From positions 18,004,704-18,068,703 of the forward strand of contig CM074521.1 in assembly GCA_037379345.1 (NCBI GenBank): a DNA stretch of 64,000 nt, written 5' to 3'. The position numbers were made by a program, and so were the translations under genes. This DNA comes from Perna viridis (taxonomy: Eukaryota). This document shows, piece after piece, positions 63,702 to 64,000 of the stretch (position 1 is its first letter; every line of letters begins with the position of its first letter). The notes under the pieces are model-generated. The model saw nothing but the letters and a program-made list of their open reading frames with translations. It did no database searches and was not told the origin of the DNA.

Positions 63702-64000
63702 ATTAATTTAATTGAGGTCGCAAATTCATATGAGAACACACAAAAACACAAGCTTGCATTTCATGTAGCATTTAAATTAACATGTATTGTTGAATTGAGC
63801 CACTACGGTAGCGAAAGTTTCTACTGCACATGTGTGCTTCGCAGAACGAAACAGAATTTCATACTGGTGACATTTATGTCTTAAATAAGCAACAACTTTA
63901 CAACGAATTGAATATATCTTAGACCATCGTACAGTACTTCGATTTATTACCATCTAGTATGCATATAAGTTATTTTTTTTATTATGATAATAATTTTAGG

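Overview
AT-rich, intron-rich animal genomic DNA. The repeat style suggests a bivalve mollusc, which is an inference. Five spliced protein-coding genes could be rebuilt by hand with GT-AG introns and consistent phases. (1) The 5' part of a FERM gene of the EPB41L5/EPB41L4B (yurt/moe) group on the - strand, running off the left edge. (2) TMEM177 on the + strand, head-to-head with it. (3) BBS5 on the - strand, 12 coding exons. (4) DDX23/PRP28 on the + strand, 15 coding exons, head-to-head with BBS5 across a 136-N assembly gap. (5) A CMPK2-like nucleotide kinase on the - strand, 5 coding exons. Introns and intergenic DNA hold many short non-autonomous transposons (TTAA/Kolobok-like, TWA/Harbinger-like, TA/Tc1-mariner-like, some nested), tRNA-derived elements, a piggyBac remnant and two decayed LINE fragments. 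The most notable observations are: tandem duplications that multiply splice acceptors in two separate genes; a shared AANATGNCTGCGCCCATG motif at both divergent promoters; possible deep EPB41L5-TMEM177 microsynteny with human 2q14.2; and a CMPK2 lacking an obvious targeting peptide, whose vertebrate partner viperin could lie just beyond the window. I cannot support a clearly new biological system from the sequence alone.
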